A program made the translations under genes and the position numbers. A model generated the notes under the pieces. The model saw only the letters and a program-made list of their open reading frames with translations, was not told where the DNA came from and searched no databases. From contig CAYWSS010000002.1 in assembly GCA_964460505.1 (NCBI GenBank), forward strand, positions 1 through 29,893: 29,893 nucleotides of DNA. The letters run 5' to 3'. This document shows positions 26,124-29,893 of this stretch, piece by piece. The stretch comes from an uncultured Caldilineaceae bacterium (GTDB taxonomy: Bacteria; Chloroflexota; Anaerolineae; 4572-78; J111). Numbering within the stretch: the stretch's first letter is position 1; every line of letters begins with the position of its first letter.

Positions 26124-26603
26124 TTAGCCAACATGCGCCCGTCGCCCGGATTCGATGAGCGTTTTGAGATTGGACATGCTGCGTCGCATAGCCTTTTGGG
26201 TAGAACTGCGCCGCCCCAGAAAATCGAAGATTGAGGCAATGATGCCGCGCGGGCTGTATTTCCACGTCCATTTGAAGCGGGTGCCGGCGCCACTCGATTC
26301 AAATTCCCACACCATTTCGCTGCCGGCGGCAAATGGACAACTTGAGGCAGTGTCGATTGCCTTTACCCGTGAGGCGGACGGCATTTGATAATCCACCACC
26401 TCCGCTTCCCAGCTATAAACCGCGCCGCCACCCTGCCTGGCATCAATGCGCAAAAGAGTTCCCCGCCTGAGCGGTTTGGGGGTGAGCATTTCCACGGCTT
26501 CAATCTGGTCGGCCCATTCCTGCCAGTTTTGTAAATCGTGGCAAAAACGAAAAACATCGGCCCGGGGGACTTCAATGTCAATTTGTGCTTTAAGTTGCGG
26601 CAT
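26124..26603 (-). CDS. SRPBCC / START-like (polyketide cyclase/dehydrase family) protein
   Basis: IDIEVPRADVFRFCHDLQNWQEW start pattern, WEFESSGAGTRFKW, C-terminal helix MRRSMSNLKTLIES; start trimmed to 26603. Confidence 0.75.
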   Translation of the reverse strand: MPQLKAQIDIEVPRADVFRFCHDLQNWQEWADQIEAVEMLTPKPLRRGTLLRIDARQGGGAVYSWEAEVVDYQMPSASRVKAIDTASSCPFAAGSEMVWEFESSGAGTRFKWTWKYSPRGIIASIFDFLGRRSSTQKAMRRSMSNLKTLIESGRRAHVG

Positions 26604-26773
26604 TTTGATATCCTGTGGGTATTGTAATTTAAGTATCACTATTTTACTATGAACCGCCCCTCACCGCCAAACGCCCACCGGGTTTGAATATCTGCAAAAA
26701 GGATATTCTTCGCGTCTGGACAAGCTTGATGCTATAATGACAAAAATATAGATTTTGGGATGGTAACGCAACC

Positions 26774-29275
26774 GTGAAACGAAAACTACGGGGAATGAAA
26801 CGCAGTGCCATTGAGCTGGATTTTAATCTCTACCGGGTCAATGTGCCCATAGCCGGGCTGGCCGGGGCCAACCTGAGCGTAATTGACATCTGGCCCGAAG
26901 GGGTTGGCAAGACAATTGTGTTTGTGCACGGGTACGCCGGCTGCGCCGAAACGTGGGAGCATCAGATTAACTGTTTTTCCCGCACCTACCGGGTAATTGC
27001 GCCGGATTTGCGCGGGCACGGCCAGAGCGACGCCCCGCTGACCCAATACACCATGCCCGAACTGGTTGCCGACCTGCGTACCATCTCCAAAACGCTCAAC
27101 CTGCCCGAAAAATTTATTTTGGCCGGCCACTCGTTTGGCGGTTCAATTTGTGTTGAGTACGCTAACACTCACCCGGAACAGCTCGAAAAACTGGTGCTGA
27201 TTGCCACCGCCGGAGAGTATCCGCTGCCCCGCATGGCGGCCTGGGCGTACCGGCTGCCGACGGCCTTCTTTCGACTGTGGTGGGATTACCGGCCTCGCTG
27301 GAATGCCGAACCGCACGTCATGAAACGGATGGCTATTAATAATATGCGTAAATGGCAAGCCTGGCCGCTGCTGAAAAATATTCACACGCCCACGCTGATT
27401 ATTACCGGCGAGCGGGACAGCTACTTTCCCCGCTACGTGTTTGACGACCTGAGTGAACAGATTCCCAATGCCGAAGTGTACGATGTGGGGGCTGCCAAAC
27501 ACAAAGTGCAGCTTGAGCGCCATCAAGCGGTAAACCGGGCCATTGAGCGGTTTGTCTCTGATGGCCGGCACGGCTCGTGGCGCGATCAGCAAATGGAGCA
27601 GTCTGTGGTTTTGGGGGTGCGGCGCTGGCTGGCAAATTACAACAAAGATACCCCCTCAACCGTGCCAATCCCCCGCCAACCGCTGCACAGATTTCTGGAA
27701 AGCGCCGCCGACTGGATGCCCAGGCGTGCCGCTACGGTATTTTTCGGGTCGTCACTGACTTACCGCCAGCTTGACCAGCAGGTGAATCAATTTGCGCACG
27801 CCCTGCACGGACTGGGTGTAACCCCGGGCAGCCGGGTAATGATTGTGCTGCCCAACATCCCGCAGTTAATTGTGGCCTATTTTGGCGCGCTCAAAGTGGG
27901 GGGGGTGGTGGTGCTATCTAACCCGGAGGCAGACGCGGCCTTAATTGTTGAGCAGATTGCCCGGACCGAAGCCTCCATCCTGGTGACATTGCAGGATTTT
28001 GGCGGGCTGGTGAATATGGCCTTGCAGAAAACCACGCTGCAAACCGCAGTTCTGGCCGATGTTCGGGATTCGGTTTCGGCCAAGGCCTACAAAGAACTGG
28101 TGGCCCGCTGGGGCGTAAAAAAATCGCCGGGCGGGTTGGCCGGTGCCGCCGGGCAATGTATTGCCATGCCTGATTTTATGGCCGATGCCGCCACCTTGCC
28201 CCCCGCCATCAAGGTGGCGCATGACAGTCTGGCGGCTATTGTTTACACCAGCGGCACCACAAAAACGCCCAAAGGCGTTTGTTTAACGCACGCTAATCTG
28301 GTGGCCAATGCGCTGCAAACGCGCCACTGGATTCAAAATCTTAAGTATGGCGAGGAAACGTTTATGGCAGTGGTTCCCCTGACTCACAGTTATGGAATGA
28401 CCACCGCTATGAACATCCCCATTGTTATGGCGGCCACCATTGTTATGCTGCCGGTGTTTGAACTGGAGCAAGTGCTGCACCACATCTCGGAATACAAACC
28501 GACGGTATTTCCCGGCGTTCCGGCTATGTATACGGCCATCAACCAGTCCCCAAATGTGCGCGGCTATGGCCTGGAAAGCATTAAGGTCTGCATCAGCGGC
28601 GCAACCCCGCTGCCGGTCGAAGTGCAGGAGGCGTTTGAAAAACTAACCCGGGGCCGATTGATTGAGGGGTACGGCCTCACCGAAGCCTCGCCGGTTACGC
28701 ACGCCGATCCCATCGGTGGGGGGCGCAAGGTTGGCTCCATTGGTTTGCCAATTCCAAACACCGATGCCAAAATTGTCGATCTGGTCAGCGGCGAGTCTGT
28801 TCGGTACGGCCACATTGGCGAGTTGGCCGTAAGAGGGCCGCAGGTTATGCAAGGCTACTGGAATGATGAAGAAGGTACCGCCGAAGCCTTGAAAGACGGC
28901 TGGCTTTTTACCGGCGATGTTGCCGTTATGGATAGAGACGGCTATTTTCAAATTATCAGCCGCAAGCGGGATACCATTATGTCCGGCGATTACAGCGTTT
29001 ATCCCCGCGATGTGGAAGAGGTGCTGTACGAAAACAGCAAGGTGCTGGAAGTAGCGGTGGTTGGGGTTTCAACCGAGGGGAATAGCCAAAAGGTGAAGGC
29101 ATTTGTTGTGCCACGCCCCGGAACCGACCTCTCTAAAGAAGAATTGCTGGAACTGTGCCGCCACCGGCTGGATGAATACGCCGTGCCGTGGGACATTGAA
29201 TTCCGCCAGGAGTTGCCTAAATCTTTTGTGGGCAAGGTGCTGCGCCGGATGCTTGTGGAAAACAGTAATCAGTAG
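26774..29275 (+). CDS. alpha/beta hydrolase fused to long-chain acyl-CoA ligase (ANL adenylation enzyme)
   Basis: N-terminus VFVHG, DLRGHG, GHSFGG, GERD, AKH; C-terminus YTSGTT, GYGLTE, TGD, PKSFVGKVLRR; single continuous frame; start 26774 GTG or 26795 ATG. Confidence 0.88.
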   Translation: MKRKLRGMKRSAIELDFNLYRVNVPIAGLAGANLSVIDIWPEGVGKTIVFVHGYAGCAETWEHQINCFSRTYRVIAPDLRGHGQSDAPLTQYTMPELVADLRTISKTLNLPEKFILAGHSFGGSICVEYANTHPEQLEKLVLIATAGEYPLPRMAAWAYRLPTAFFRLWWDYRPRWNAEPHVMKRMAINNMRKWQAWPLLKNIHTPTLIITGERDSYFPRYVFDDLSEQIPNAEVYDVGAAKHKVQLERHQAVNRAIERFVSDGRHGSWRDQQMEQSVVLGVRRWLANYNKDTPSTVPIPRQPLHRFLESAADWMPRRAATVFFGSSLTYRQLDQQVNQFAHALHGLGVTPGSRVMIVLPNIPQLIVAYFGALKVGGVVVLSNPEADAALIVEQIARTEASILVTLQDFGGLVNMALQKTTLQTAVLADVRDSVSAKAYKELVARWGVKKSPGGLAGAAGQCIAMPDFMADAATLPPAIKVAHDSLAAIVYTSGTTKTPKGVCLTHANLVANALQTRHWIQNLKYGEETFMAVVPLTHSYGMTTAMNIPIVMAATIVMLPVFELEQVLHHISEYKPTVFPGVPAMYTAINQSPNVRGYGLESIKVCISGATPLPVEVQEAFEKLTRGRLIEGYGLTEASPVTHADPIGGGRKVGSIGLPIPNTDAKIVDLVSGESVRYGHIGELAVRGPQVMQGYWNDEEGTAEALKDGWLFTGDVAVMDRDGYFQIISRKRDTIMSGDYSVYPRDVEEVLYENSKVLEVAVVGVSTEGNSQKVKAFVVPRPGTDLSKEELLELCRHRLDEYAVPWDIEFRQELPKSFVGKVLRRMLVENSNQ

Positions 29276-29306
29276 TCAGAAAGAAACCTGACTACTGGCT
29301 ACTGAC
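29263..29306. repeat. heptamer hairpin overlapping the ligase stop codon
   Basis: CAGTAAT CAGTAGT CAGA ... CTGACTA CTGGCTA CTGAC. Confidence 0.55.
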
Positions 29307-29327
29307 ATCTGAAAAAGGAGTATTTTG

Positions 29328-29893
29328 ATGACAAAACGCCCCAAAATTTGTTTAGTAATGGGGGGGGGAGGCAGCCGGGGATTGGCGCATATTGGCGTGC
29401 TAAAAGTGCTGCTTCGGGAAAAAATCCCCATCGATATGATTGTTGGCACCAGTATGGGCGGCATTATTGGTGTGCTGTTTGCCCTGGGATACAAACCGGC
29501 AGAAATTGGGCAGGGGGTTAGCCGGCTGCAACAAAATTCATTGATCAACCTCAAAATGTTAACTATCCGCGCCCGGCAGCGCCACATGCGGGATTTTCTG
29601 GCGGAGACATTGGGCAGCAAAACCTTTGCCGATCTCTCGACTCCGGTCACATTAATGGCCGTGGATATGAAGCGCGGGGCCGAAATCTGCCTGCGCGAAG
29701 GGCCTCTGGTGCCGGCTTTGCTGGCCTCCAGCGCGGTACCGGGCGCGTTTCCCCCCGTTCATATGGATGATATGGAACTGAACGATGGTGGCGTGATTGA
29801 TAGTTTGGCCACCCATGTGGCCTTTGAGCAGGGCGCGGAGAAAGTGGTTGCCGTTGATGTGTACACGTGGGTGGCGAAAGAGAACCTGGCGCG
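29328..29893 (+). CDS. patatin-like phospholipase (truncated by window end; absent from the ORF track)
   Basis: Manual translation MTKRPKICLVMGGGGSRGLAHIGVL...VGTSMGG...ASSAVPG...NDGGV, no stop to window end; SD AAGGAG. Confidence 0.92.
   Translation, partial: MTKRPKICLVMGGGGSRGLAHIGVLKVLLREKIPIDMIVGTSMGGIIGVLFALGYKPAEIGQGVSRLQQNSLINLKMLTIRARQRHMRDFLAETLGSKTFADLSTPVTLMAVDMKRGAEICLREGPLVPALLASSAVPGAFPPVHMDDMELNDGGVIDSLATHVAFEQGAEKVVAVDVYTWVAKENLA

Noticed and set aside
29276-29650. 124-aa minus-strand ORF at the right end
   Set aside because: Antisense to the patatin gene found by manual translation

Overview
A gene-dense bacterial chromosomal window. It is most consistent with a Chloroflexota/Anaerolineae-like genome (inferred from protein families and an IYLPII motif; not verified). 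It holds about 24 CDS and no rRNA, tRNA, CRISPR array or transposase that I can see. In order: a SorC-family regulator plus Zn-dependent polyol-type dehydrogenase; a LysM-M23 peptidase; an SGNH hydrolase; a divergent module in which an HTH-citrate-synthase fusion faces a methyltransferase / PLP aminotransferase / NVEF-type citrate synthase operon across a consensus promoter and a perfect 9-4-9 palindrome; an orphan GAF histidine kinase; an EamA transporter; cobS; GT4-VanZ and three uncharacterised envelope proteins (one a 7-repeat Cys-paired beta-propeller); a methyltransferase; a C45 Ntn hydrolase; hemA-moeA; a secreted alpha/beta hydrolase; SRAP; SRPBCC; an alpha/beta-hydrolase-acyl-CoA-ligase fusion; and a truncated patatin. 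The best candidate for an undescribed system is the HTH-citrate-synthase module (5600-9997). Intergenic regions carry many small non-autonomous repeats. These include a ~114-bp palindromic MITE-like element (2 copies with flanking direct repeats, one nested in a second TIR/TAA-bounded element), heptamer-array hairpins, and a REP-like hairpin lying in frame inside the SRAP gene.
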